Notes under the pieces: model-generated | What the model was told of the DNA's origin: nothing | Databases searched by the model: none | The model's input: the letters and a program-made list of their open reading frames with translations, nothing else | Translations under genes and position numbers: made by a program | Shown: piece after piece, positions 63,715 to 64,000 of the stretch | Position numbering within the stretch: position 1 is the stretch's first letter | How the letters are laid out: each line of letters opens with the position of its first letter | Source of the DNA: Takakia lepidozioides | Lineage: Eukaryota > Plantae > Bryophyta | Direction of reading: 5' to 3' | DNA: 64,000 bases | NCBI GenBank assembly: GCA_030704615.1 | Contig: CM060732.1 | Span: 46,004,001-46,068,000, forward strand

Positions 63715-64000
63715 CCAACTCAGCTGCAACATATGCCCAACACCAGATATCCTAAGTTAATCGACTCTATATCTTGGAAACAGGACCGCCCTGTCAAACA
63801 GGCTAAGTCCTGGCAGAAGAGAGTAGAAGAGATCCTCAAGGACCTGGACCTGGATCCGCAAGTCTTGACCCTGGTGGATAAATCTGACTTAGAGGCTGTA
63901 GTGTCCTCAGCCATGTCTGTTGCCATGAGATTGTCTGATGAAAATGAAGTTAGGCAGAAAACTTCCCTGAACTTGTTTCCAGTCTGTGACATGGGGGAGG
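63715..64000 (+). mobile_element. Probable LINE ORF2 fragment in SART3 intron
   Basis: Plus-strand frame QHMPNTRYPKLIDSISW...KSWQKRVEEILKDLDL resembles the post-RT region of non-LTR elements. Confidence 0.4.

Overview
Land-plant nuclear DNA, intron-rich and probably from a seed-free lineage (inferred from the style of the PLS-DYW genes, not provable here). In order: a repeat/foldback region (0.8-4.1 kb); a complete 27-exon Dicer-like gene (DCL3-type, 6003-22217, +, about 1977 aa) with a 14x11-aa tandem repeat between its two dsRBDs and LINE debris in its introns; a TE fragment and a frameshifted, intronless LIM retrocopy; two paralogous PLS-E-DYW PPR genes arranged tail-to-tail (about 24.8-28.5 kb + and 34.55-30.37 kb -) with a dead DYW fragment between them; a small membrane-anchored coiled-coil gene; a PROTODERMAL FACTOR1-like Ser/Pro-rich wall protein gene; tandem and inverted repeats; a receptor-like kinase pseudogene split by an L1 with a 12-bp TSD; a decayed CACTA element; and the first four exons of a SART3/Prp24 gene. 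Main discovery candidate: both PPR-DYW genes have upstream spliced exons, missed by the ORF track, that encode tandem PDF motifs (WxEFFxDPSQWWDNxxKK/xxPRxPDFKHKxTxExLWIDxxxxPxWV). This is the ssDNA-binding module of organellar OSB proteins. The predicted protein is transit peptide + (PDF)n + PPR array + cytidine deaminase, i.e. an ssDNA-binding/editing-deaminase fusion whose PDF copy number varies by exon-intron cassette duplication. All exon models were built by hand from GT-AG sites and reading-frame phase, without RNA evidence.
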